From Macrostomum lignano (Eukaryota), in assembly GCA_002269645.1 (NCBI GenBank), contig NIVC01002363.1, positions 1 to 64,000 on the forward strand: a stretch of DNA of 64,000 bases. Direction: 5' to 3'. The notes under the pieces are model-generated. The model did not search any database and had not been told where the DNA came from. It worked only from the letters and a program-made list of their open reading frames with translations. Positions within the stretch are counted from its first letter, which is position 1. Every line of letters starts with the position of its first letter. Positions 36,492-47,530 of the stretch are shown in pieces. Made by a program: the position numbers and the translations under genes.

Positions 36492-37651
36492 ATTACCATA
36501 TTCCCATAGTTCCTATAGCCATAGCCATAGTTTTAACAAAAAGTCTAGAAAACAAAATATTTTGAATCAAAAAGATAACCTAGTGCTTAAACAACTGCAA
36601 ATTGAGTTAGAAAATAAAAGAAACACTTGATTGCCTTTCAAAGATTATATTTTGTCTTTTTCAGAGCAACAATACTTAATCATTACTGAAAGTACTAATG
36701 CTGAACTTTTTCACATTAATAAAAATTAGAGTTTGCTAGTGTTTTATTGTACTTTTTAGGTATATTTTAAAAGTTTCTAAGTTGATAATACAGTTTAGGC
36801 CTACTAAAAGTATCTTTGTTTTACTCTATCTGTTTTTAATATTTTTCAATTTTTTAACATTAGGGCCTAATAACTATGGTTATGGGAATGGGTGCTAGTA
36901 GACTCGTCAATTTTTTATTTGTTAACTTCCATCAACTATAGTAAATTTGTCAACTGTTAAAAATTGGCAACTGCATGTTGTTTAATTTGTGATTTGTGAT
37001 TACATGTATGATTACATGATTTGCTAAACAAGTATTCAATTAAGTAAGCTCCAATTTGTGCCAATGATCTGAGCACCCACAAAGTCTTTAAGTTTTTATA
37101 CTCGAATATTATATTCAAATATATTCAATTTAAATTTTTGATTATTGAAATTTCAATTTTTGATTAATTAGGTTTTGTACATCATACATTTTACAAAAGT
37201 GAACCAAAAAAGTGTAAAAAAACCTAGCAAAAAAGCACAGCATTTCTATAAGAAAAATTTAGGTTAACAAATCCGTAACAAATTGTAAATAGTAAAAGCA
37301 AAAATATTGGGCAACAAATCAAAGCTAAACAAATTCTGTAAAAATCATAAAAGTAAAAGTAAAAGTAAATATATAGATAATTAATTTACAGTAGCTTTAA
37401 CTCAATTTCAATGGCATTCTAAAGTCTAGTTTTACGAATTATGTCGCTATACTTTTTTATACTAAACTTAAGTTGATGAATTTACCTAGGCTTACCTAGA
37501 AATATAGTAAACTTGTCAACACAGTTGACAAATAAAAAGTTGATGAGTATACCCAGATCCTATAGGAATCTACAGAATATGACAACAACTACCATATTTA
37601 ATATTTGTAGCCATAAGAGCAGCTAGCTACTATAGGCATATCCATAGCTGC

Positions 37652-38243
37652 CCATACTCCCGAAGATGCTGTTTTGTGGGGAAAATTCTTGCATGCAACA
37701 AGGTCCCAGGCAGCCATGTGCGGCGTGCACAGTGTGCAGCCAAGAGGCAGAAATTATTTGCGTGGCGCATGCCAAAAAAATATTTTAATCACTCCACATT
37801 TTTGGTAATGATAAGTTTTTCATTTTAAATTTAATGTCTCACGATAATAACACAATGTGCATAATGAGAGATCTTTTGTGTATCTGCAATAAGGAGAACA
37901 ATTTTTGTGTGATGCAATACAATTTTCAGGCATTATAAAACAGTATATAATAAATACAAACTATAGTATTTTGTTAAAGTATTTTTTTTCGTTTTTATTT
38001 GAAAGTGTGTCAGATTGCATTAATTATTCAATGCAAAGCTTACCACTTACATAGATAGATCGGTAGATCTAACAGATCCCTTGCTGCCACTCACCTGTCC
38101 AGCAGGTGAGAGGAACTCCCCTACCCCTCTCCCTGGTCATTTAGCTCGGCATGCATAGGGTGTATATATGATTTGACCTCCCGCATGCGGCGTGCAAAGG
38201 CAAAAATTATTTTCGCGTGCATTAAGCATACTTGGGACTATGG
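37652..38243. mobile_element. Nested hAT-type MITE
   Basis: TIR CCATACTCCC / GGGACTATGG; perfect 8-bp TSD ATAGCTGC. Confidence 0.82.
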
Positions 38244-40531
38244 ATAGCTGCTATAGGCACCTATTTTTACTATATTTGCCATAGGATCTTGTAGCCATAG
38301 CTATGCCCGCCTATGGCTAGGCCTATGGTGGAACACTAATCATGGCACCTTTAATGTATATTATAGTGGCCCTCTTCTTGGCTCTAGGCTCTAGTGTCTA
38401 TTATGGCTCCCTTTTAAATTTTTGTATAGGGCAGGGGCCTATATTATGGCGCCTATACTCTTATGATTAGGGCCTAAAAGCTGCACCTATGTAATAGAAC
38501 CTAGGGATGCTATAGACCTAGGCCTAGGCTATATAGCATCCTGACCTTGCCAATTGTATCTTGAAATAGCAACCAGTCCTTGGTCTTGAGCTCTTAAATG
38601 CAATAGGCCTATTGTATCCTGGGTTCAAAAAATTGCATTTTTACTGAATGCTGGAGCCTAGATGCGATTTCAAATCTTAGAGCCAGCGAAAGAGAAAAAC
38701 CCCAGCTTTAGTTTATAAGCCTAGACAGGCCTTTAGGCCTCGGCAGGCCAGGCCTAGTTAACTAGTTTAGCTGCTCAGCCTGAGGCTCTAGGCCCTAGCC
38801 TAAACTTATTTAAAACGAAATAAATATAAACAGTGACAATGCGGCAGTTGAAAGGACTTTGTATTTGCACTAGTATTCTTATATCAAATGCAACAGTTAA
38901 TTAGAAACTCAACGAATGTAATATCGTAATTTCGTGAACTGTTAGTCTTACACTCTTAACCTGTTTTAAAATCAATGCCTAATTTGGACTTTGAATTATT
39001 TTTCTAGGAACAGTATTAAAGAAAAATACTTTTTATGCGTCACTCCTTCATTTCGGTGCGTAAGTATAATTTTTAGATTTGCGATACATTTCACCGGTTT
39101 TTTTTTGAAGTCAATAATAAACCGTTTTTTCTTCACTTTTTGTTATACTGGAATAAAACTATATTTTTTCAACACAGTTCTTAACGGCGCAAATATTGGT
39201 TAATTTTCGCAGAGAGACCTGAAAAAATGGTCTTTTAGAATTCATTTTTTTATACTGCAAATGGAGGCTGTATATATGCACGGCATAACGGACGTTAAAT
39301 ATTGAATTGCAAATAACGTGTTACAAGTAGTACACAAGAACTACGTGAATATATTACAATGTACATGTAGCATCAATGTTCATGTAGCAAATGCAAGAGT
39401 AAAATCCTGTAGACTCGTAAATTAAAATGTAATGGATTCATGCTTACAGTTGCAAGCTTTATTCTAAAGCTTCAGTTTTGCATGGGACCCAGATTTTATT
39501 GACGGGAGCACGAGAATTGCCCGCCAAGATTTGCCTGCAGTGCAATTTTCCCGCCAGTTTTTCCCGCCAAATTTAAAGAGATTTACACGATAAAACGTTT
39601 TGATAGTAATTGCATATCAAATTCATATTTTCTTGTAAGTTTTATCTCTATATACATGCAGGGGTACATCGGTGAGCTGTACTCATGCATATGCCTAATT
39701 GTTAACGTTTCTCCCCCCATGCAAATTATCTCGTCACTATAAACTTTACTTAAAAGCAGTTTTGGTGGCGGTGGCGTACGACAGAAATTTAACTTGGAGG
39801 GGGGCCAATATTTTGGCATCTTGGTAGTCGCCTCGCTATAGAAAGTGATGGCCGGAGCTTGAAAGCGAGAAAGTGAAAGAGAAAAAATGTCAATACTGAC
39901 TCAGAATTTTCTATCTTAAGCATTCAACAAGCTTCAAACCAGGGCAGTCTTCTTTTTTTGTAAAAGCAGCCGTAGTTTTCTGTATCTTAAAGCATCATCT
40001 GAGCGGGTGCAGCACTTCCGCTTCCTTCACAGGCCTGAACGTTTCTCAAATAGTAAGTTATATGTTGACTGAAAGACGTTAGCAATGTCTCAACGTTGTC
40101 CGACAACGTTGTTTGTTCGTCATTATCATTATCATTATCATTATCATTTATCATTTATCATTTATTCGTCAAGATTTGTCCGACAAAATTCGGCCTTGTT
40201 TGTTCGTCATTATTGTCCCGACAGCCAGGGGTGGGAAACTAAAGAATATGGAAGCGAGGATGGAGAAAGTTTGTAACTGTCCGTGCAGAGAATTACGAGG
40301 GGTGTATGTCTTGGAGCGCGCCAGCCGCTGTCAAACAATGCAAGTTTCTATTCGTCTTCTTTGTTTGCGTTGCTAAGAAAGGAAGTCGCAGCTTCCCTGC
40401 TTGTTCGCTGCTTTGAAACCATGGATAAAAGCTACATGTATGAAATCCGCATCGCCCTGCCTGCATGCATGCTCTCTGAATCACCTTGACACCTTGATCG
40501 TCACACTAAAGCGCCTTACTCTGCAAAAACT

Positions 40532-41302
40532 ATGGCTTACAGCACACAAGCTATCATTGTGGCCACTGCTGCTGCACTGCTTGTCCTGGCTATTCTTGGT
40601 GCCGCAGCTGGTAGCCAAGGTCTGTCCAACTACCAAAGCATCGAGGGCAGCCTGTGCATCAGGCCCGAGTTCGTGCAGTCTCACTCGCGAGCTGCCAGCA
40701 AGATCGAGTGCGCCGCCCTGTGCAGCGGCAACCAGCGCTGCCAGGCATTCAGCACAGCCGACTCTCCGTGCCAGCTGTTCGTGTTCGACAGGTGCAGCAA
40801 GTCGGTGAAGGACTGCAGCTGCTCCAGGAGAGGCCGCGTGTTTGTGAAGCAGCAGCCGGGACTGCGGCCGGGCGCTCTGTGTCCGGCTGGCTACGGAGAC
40901 GACCTGTGCGGAGTGAAGTACAAGCTGCTGGCTGAGGCTGGAAACTGGTGGCTGAGCAGACAGAAGTGCGAGGCGGAGCTCGGGCTGGTGATTATGGCCG
41001 ACGTGATGGACGCCACTGAGATGAATAAAATCGAGCTTATAAGGAACAAAAGCAGTTTGTTTGGTCATTTCATTTTTCTCGGAGGCTTCCAAACTCCCAA
41101 CAGCACTGAGCCGGGCGGTGGCTGGTACTGGGTCGGCTGCAACATCACCCTGGATGGAACTCTGTGGAACAGTGAAGAGCCGAATAATGATGCGAATGCT
41201 GAAGCTACTCTTGGCTTTTACCAATCGAGGAGCCGCCTTGCCGATTTAAAAGAGGCCGACAGTTTCAAAAGTCTATGCGAGTGCCTGTCGCCATTTGAGT
41301 GA
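40532..41302 (+). CDS. Secreted PAN/apple + C-type lectin domain protein (256 aa, intronless)
   Basis: Hydrophobic signal peptide; PAN-like SKIECAALCSGNQRCQAFS..CQL; CTLD with W..SRQKC, FLGG, WYW, WNSEEPNN and a terminal LCE. Confidence 0.88.
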   Translation: MAYSTQAIIVATAAALLVLAILGAAAGSQGLSNYQSIEGSLCIRPEFVQSHSRAASKIECAALCSGNQRCQAFSTADSPCQLFVFDRCSKSVKDCSCSRRGRVFVKQQPGLRPGALCPAGYGDDLCGVKYKLLAEAGNWWLSRQKCEAELGLVIMADVMDATEMNKIELIRNKSSLFGHFIFLGGFQTPNSTEPGGGWYWVGCNITLDGTLWNSEEPNNDANAEATLGFYQSRSRLADLKEADSFKSLCECLSPFE

Positions 41303-41875
41303 GCTATAGGCGATATTCACACAAGAATCTCTGGAATTTGTTATTCCGCATGTGAAAAAACTTTTTGAGACTTTTTGAAACGTTTTAATCCAAAAAACGG
41401 TTCCCTTTTTGATTGTTAATTGGTAAACTAGAGGACACATTTTTCTCTCTATTGTCACCGATTTCAAACCGAAACTTCATGCGTAGCTATACGAGTACTT
41501 ACACGTGGACTAAAATAAGTCGGATTAAATTACTTACGAGTACGACTTCTGTTTTACTGCTATGACCTACCGGTATACATTTCAGACAAACAAATCTGGA
41601 CCTTTTTCAGCGTATACTTCTATTTCTCCATAAATTCATAGTTTTGTAGCATTTTTTTCTATACTTTTTCTGACATATTCAAATAAATTTAAATATCGAA
41701 TTAGTTATGATACATCTTCGTAGATTAAAAAGCAATGCCTCTAAATATTGGAGTCAAATTTTTCTTTCCCAATAATAATAATAACAATATACAATACTTG
41801 ACTACAACTGCCTCAATTGTCGAGATGTGCAACCGACAGCTCAGCCGCAGCTATTGCGCGGCGCATCTGAAGGCT

Positions 41876-42095
41876 GCGTACGGCTGTTCAGTCCAAGGAC
41901 TGGGGGGGGGGGGGGTTCGCCATACACACCCTCAATTACCCCAGCTAATGCTGGCACCCATTTTACAGCTGGGTGAGCTGTAGCAATGCAGAGTTCAGTG
42001 CCTTGCTCAAGTACACAAATTGTTCCGAGTGGGTCGAGAATCGAAGCCCCGACCTTTCAGTCGTGATTCCGACGCTCTGACCACTGGGCTGCACC
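41876..42095 (-). mobile_element. tRNA-derived SINE, copy 2
   Basis: Collinear with 27382-27612 including the G-run and core; A/B boxes present. Confidence 0.85.
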
Positions 42096-42844
42096 CCTAG
42101 CTACTAGCCATGAAAATTTCAGGACTTTGAGAGAACTATAGTTATAACTAGTTAGTGCAATCAAATAACATAAGGATAAGGCAAAATACTAAATCCAGGA
42201 GCAAGTGTGCTCGTAAGTTAAGTTGCTGCACACGCACACATGTAGATGCAAGCCAAACGGAACTCACTGAGCTACAAGTTAACCCGTGAGCTCAGCTCAC
42301 CAGCCATGATCTGTAGAGACAATTGAACACCTCATGGGACTTTGCTGTACGAGCTACATGTACGCCTAGCCTGTGTGGTGAAGTGCATTGATTTGCATGA
42401 AAAACATCAGATTTTTAGATTGAGAAAACTCCCTAAAATGTCTTATACAACTGGCAGTTACTATAATTTCAGGATGTCAGGTATGAAACAGGGCAAATCA
42501 AACACTCAAAGCTTCTTTACTAACACACCCTCACTGCACTCTTCAGTATTTTCACGGGCACGCAAACAAAAAGTTTTTCTTGCGGCGAACTTTTCCTGCA
42601 GGAGGTTTTCTCACAGGAAGCTTTCCCGCACAGATGCTCTCTCACCAGTCTTTGCTTTGCTTCCAATATATTTAACAGTTTGCAAACCAGGGATTAGAAC
42701 GCCTAGGTCCTACAATGGATAGGTAGGAAAAAATTTACTCACGCACATACTACACTTTACACTGCACATTGCCTTGACTATAGCATGTAAGACATGTATA
42801 TGTACATCGTATTCTCTTCTTATGATCCTCCAACAGGAGGCGAA

Positions 42845-43315
42845 AAAACCTCGCTGCAGGAAAACCTCGCTGCCTCAAAACCTCGCTGCGGGAAGACCTC
42901 GCTGCGGGAAGACCTCGCTGCGGGAAGACCTCGCTGCGGGAAAACCTCGCTGCGGGAAGACCTCGCTGCGGGAAGACCTCGCTGCGGGAAGACCTCGCTG
43001 CGGGAAGACCTCGCTGCGGGAAGACCTCGCTGCGGGAAGACCTCGCTGCGGGAAGACCTCGCTGCGGGAAGACCTCGCTGCGGGAAGACCTCGCTGCGGG
43101 AAGACCTTGCTGCGGGAAGACCTCGCTGCGGGAAGACCTTGCTGCGGGAAGACCTCGCTGCGGGAAGACCTCGCTGCGGGAAGACCTCGCTGCGGGAAGA
43201 CCTCGCTGCGGGAAGACCTCGCTGCGGGAAGACCTCGCTGCGGGAAGACCTCGCTGTGGGAAAACCTTGCTGAGAGAAAACCTCGCCGCGGGAAAACCTC
43301 GCTGAGGGAAAACCT
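42845..43315. repeat. 16-bp minisatellite (GCTGCGGGAAGACCTC)n, ~29 units
   Basis: Tandem units; accounts for the REDLAAGRPRCGKTSL ORFs. Confidence 0.95.
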
Positions 43316-43426
43316 TGCGTGCTCAAATCAAATTCAACTGAGCCATCTACATTAGATTCAATGAAAGCTTGTACTTGGGAACTTATTGCTGGAGACATTT
43401 TCATTCTGATCGAGTTTTTGAAAATT

Positions 43427-43602
43427 TGAAAATTTGAAGCCGATTTTTAGAATCCACCCACCCCTCCGGTCACCAAGCTTTTTAGTCTATGGCACAAGAC
43501 TAGTCTATGCCATATCGCTGCTAAACTAAAAAAACTAAATAGACTAAAAAGCTTGGTGACCGGAGGGGGGGTGGATTCTAAAAAATCGGCTTCAGATTTT
43601 CA
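43427..43602. mobile_element. Small palindromic MITE (~60-bp TIRs)
   Basis: TGAAAATTTGAAGCCGATTTTTAGAATCCACC...CACCAAGCTTTTTAGTCTAT is mirrored at the right end. Confidence 0.8.
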
Positions 43603-44051
43603 TCCTTATTGGCACTCTATATTAGGCGACCTCAATACTCTTTCATGTAGCCAAATGGGTGTCGCTTCGTTTGATCTCGTAAAAATTGAATTCGTGTACC
43701 CGTAGGCAGAGCCTTGCGTCAAAATTCATTTTTGGAGCAACTAGAAATTTTTCTTGCCATGCGAACGCTGACGCTCGCCCAAAGAGTAGACACTTTTTGA
43801 GCCATAGACTATAACACAAAAATGGCTTAACTCAATGCAGAGTGAAATATTTTTTATTGTGTTTTACTATCTGTGCCTAGAACTTCGCAGGCTGGGAAGC
43901 TCTGGACCGGAACTCTCTCTCTCGCCTTCGCGATTTACTTTCAAGACAAGTGCAACACTTGCTGATGAAGGTTTTGGTAGCACGGGCTAATCCGGCTCTC
44001 CAAAACCGTTCTCGTAGCCGCAGTAACGTCTTCGTCTCGCCAAGAATTTTC

Positions 44052-44775
44052 TCAGTTGCGTAACGGACTTGGCCCGTGCATCAAGTGCACGGGCCAATCA
44101 CGGATCTGCGCAATCTTGTCCTCACAGTTCTTCAGGCCGTCGGGAGTCACGACGTAACCTAAATAATGCAGCTCATTTAGGAACAAATGACATTTCTTCG
44201 GCTTGACCTTGAGGTTGGCTGCGATGATACGCTGTAGTACAGTCCGCAGGTTATCCAGCTGCTCCTCGAAGGTCACTGAGTGCACCACGATGTCGTCCAT
44301 ATAGCCAAGCGCAGTCTTTGGCGTCAGGCCGTCCAGGAGCTTATTGATGCAACAATGAAAGCTGCCGGGACTGTCATGGAGACCCATCGGTAGAACGTTA
44401 AAACAGAGTTGGCCGCGGTCAATCACTGAGAACGCCGTCAAGTGCTGGTCGCAGTCGCGCAGCGGGATCTGCCAAAATCCTTGAGCACGGTCCAAGCTGT
44501 AATACCACTGAGCACCACAAAGCTTCGCGAAGGTCTCCTAAATGTGCGGCAGTGGATACAGTTGATACACACACCGGTCGTTGAGAGCTCTGAAGTCGTG
44601 AACCAGCCTGATGTTGCCGTCCTTCTTGGGCACAGTGAGCATCGGCGAGTTGTAGCTCGAGTAGGCAGGGCGAATGATGTGCTTCGCAAGCATCTCGTCA
44701 AGCAGGGCGTCGAGCTTGTTTTTCAGATGAGGCGGGATCCTGCGCGGTGGTAGCGCCACTGGTGTCCGGTCCTTC
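44052..44775 (-). pseudogene. Gypsy reverse-transcriptase fragment with one in-frame stop
   Basis: PRRIPP..SSYNSPMLTVPKKDGNIRLVHDFRALN..YPLPHI*..LDRAQGFWQIPL..FNVLPMGL..YMDDIVV; stop at 44538-44540. Confidence 0.92.
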
Positions 44776-44796
44776 AGGATGATCTCTCAGGCCGTT

Positions 44797-46066
44797 TCAT
44801 ACCGTTTTGACTGTCGTGTATCGTTTCACCAGGTGGCCAGAGGCGAGTTTGTCCTGAGTGTTGCTCGGAATTCGCTCAGCTCCCACGGAGGACCTGCAAG
44901 AGTCATCAGCAGAATTGGTGTACGAGGGATGCCTAGGCTTCCCGGTGAGTGAGTGCCCAGCATAACCAATGCTGGCGGCCACGACCAATACCTGGTGCAG
45001 CTCAGGCATTTCGACCATCGCACCCACGGTAAACGGAAGTCAGCCTGGCCGACAGCCCTCGAAACCTGTAAATTTTGTTTGCTAGCGTGCACCACTCCAG
45101 AGACCGTTTATACGGCCGCCTTTCAGAGCCGTCGAGAGGGATGACATGACGTACTTTATGAACCTTGGTACCCAATTTGATCGGGTCAGCGTTGACAGAT
45201 TGAAGCTAGGGATACTCGACACTGACCACTGCAACTTCCCAGCTTGTTCTTCGCTCATGATGGGGTCGCCCCCGGGCGTGTACCGACTGAAGCACTACTC
45301 CCCACACCAGCACAACTCATGCCGGCCTAGCCGATAGCAAACTGCAGCTACCAGTTCGCCAAATCGGCAGTGCCGTCCCTTGTATTTTGTCAAGGCCTAG
45401 CTCGCCGATGGGGGGAGTTGTGTGGCGACCCGAGACAGACGCGACATTTTGTCTATGGCCATCCAGCATCTGTTGCGCGTCTCGCTACAGTAATTGATGG
45501 CTCACGGTCTGATATAAAAAACTATAAACTTTCTTTTCCTCGCGGGCAACACGGTCGCGAGCCACTTTGGCGTACTTTTTGGATAGACTGTGCTGTCGTA
45601 AACATTGAGTTCATTGAGTGCGGGTAATTTATGCTGGGTACTAACGCAGAACTACACTATATGATGCTGCATCGCATCTTGAGTACTCGGCCCATTCCGT
45701 GTTAGTGGAACAAAAAAACGCCAACCCCTTAAATGAGCGAGTGTAATCAATTCGTGGGCGACGCATGTATAGTTACAATTAGACTGAATCAGAATTCTGC
45801 TGTAGCCCACTCTAATAAAGTACCTCTTCGGCAAGCGCATGTGTTTACAATATTCAGACGAGTCCAAGTTATCTGAAGTAAACACGCTGGTCCGGCCGTG
45901 CGCTCAAGCTTTTCGCTGACTTTTAACTCTCTTTTGGGGCTGACAATAATAAAGAGATTGGCATGGAAACGCATGAGACGCATTCACATAATTGAATCTA
46001 ATACATGATTAGATGATTACATAACCAAAGAGTCTTTAAGATCTATCATAGCGCAGGGAAAATACA
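44797..46066 (+). mobile_element. 3' relic of a different Gypsy element: deleted integrase, PPT and probable 3' LTR (from 45421)
   Basis: LTVVYRFTRWPEA, VLLGIRSAPTEDLQESSAELVY and GPY/F-like PLQRPF..RVSVDRLK; GGGGGAG purine tract before TGTGGCGACC at 45421. The LTR right end is uncertain. Confidence 0.7.
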
Positions 46067-46070
46067 ATGT

Positions 46071-47060
46071 TGTGGCGGCCAGACTGTACGCAACCAGCAG
46101 CACCAGTGCAGCCGCACTGGAAACCCCCCCCCCCAACCTCTGTCTAGCTGAGGTGGGGTGGTTGCGCACCGCGCTGGCCGGCTCGCTAAGCCAGGGGGGT
46201 TGGCGTATCCTATCGAGCCACGCCACTTGTTCGCACCTCCCTTGGCCCCTCATGAATCTCGCGCAGTTTGTGTAAATATAAATATACGCGCAAAGCAGCA
46301 CAAAATCTTCGCTGCCATTCCATTCCATCTATTGAACTAATTAAGGCCTTCCGCCTCATTGGTGAGCCCGACTCCCAGCGCGGAACGCTGGGCCTACCCG
46401 TCGGCCCTGTGCGGTCCCGGCAGCCAACCGCCTTGGCCGACTGCAACGGCAGCACCGCAGCCCAGCAGCCACAGCAGTACCCCGCAGCACGAATCGGCCC
46501 AGTCAGCCCCCCCCCCCCGGTAGCTCCTGGGGTCTCGCCTTTCGGCCCCCGCGTTGGACTAACCAGCGCCACACGCTGCAGCTCATTCTAGGTTAGCACT
46601 GCTGCTGCTAGCCTAACGTCCCCAGCCTCTGTGCAGGAGCATCGACCCGGCTCACGGCGGCAACTGACTGTCGGTTGCCTCTGGTGTGGTCCGGCCGCGC
46701 GCCCTGCTGCCTTCGGCGCCCGCCTGGCGCCCTGCTGCCTTCGGCGCCCGCCTGGCACGCTGCTGCCTTCGGCGCCCGCCTGGGGCCCTGCTGCCTTCAG
46801 CGCCCGCCTCGCGCCCCTGCCGCCTTCAGCGCCCGCCTCGCGCCCCTGCTGCCTTCGGCGCCCGCCTTGCGCCCCTACCGCCTTCAGCGCCCGGCTGATT
46901 TCGGCGCCCGCTCCTCGGCACTCTCGCTGCCTCTGCTACCACTACCACCCGACGTTCGGGGCCTAGCTCGGTGCTGGGGGAAGCTGTGTGGCGGCCAGAC
47001 TGTACGCGACCAGCAGCACCAGTGCAGCCGCACTGGAACCCCCCCAACCTCTGTCTAGCT
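46071..47060 (+). mobile_element. TRIM-like non-autonomous LTR element
   Basis: 5' LTR 46071-46358 (TGTGGCGG...CCGCCTCA); PBS TGGTGAGCCCGAC (12/13 match to a tRNA-Trp 3' end); ~0.6-kb non-coding interior with GC-rich repeats; PPT GGGGGAAG; truncated 3' LTR from 46987. Confidence 0.75.
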
Positions 47061-47530
47061 ATATGCTTGACCTTTTGCGAAAAAAAACGTTTTTCGAATA
47101 TTTAATCCCCTTGGCATACGCCACGATTTTATTTTGGGAGTGGGCCGCCAATATTTGGTATCGTGGTTGGTGCCCCTGTCTCTGGGTGCAGGCGCATCGC
47201 CACCGGGGGGGGGGGGACAAAGGAGACGTGTCCCCTCTATTCCATTGAGGGAATAGATCCCACTGAGGGATTACATTCCATTGCTTTGTCCCTCCCCACC
47301 CCACCTTGTGACTAGTTGTGGTAGTCAATAATTTTTTTCTTCAGGGCGCCAAAATATAGCGCTTTCGGCGCCAAATGAGTGCCTGCGGGGCTAAAATGAG
47401 TGCCTGCGGAGCTAAAATAAATGCCTCTGGCGCTAAAAGGAATTACTGCGGTGCCAAAATGAGCGCTGACAACACGATTTTCAAAATAATGGAAATTTAG
47501 GAGGAATTTAGTCCTGTACATGTACATGTT

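Larger units (their letters stand above)
35083..38338. mobile_element. hAT-type MITE carrying nested insertions
   Basis: Ends TAGTGTTCTAC / GTGGAACACTA; flanks ATTATGGC / ATCATGGC (7/8 TSD). Confidence 0.8.

Noticed and set aside
42774-43404. REDLAAGRPRCGKTSL ORFs
   Set aside because: A 16-bp satellite open in several frames on both strands.
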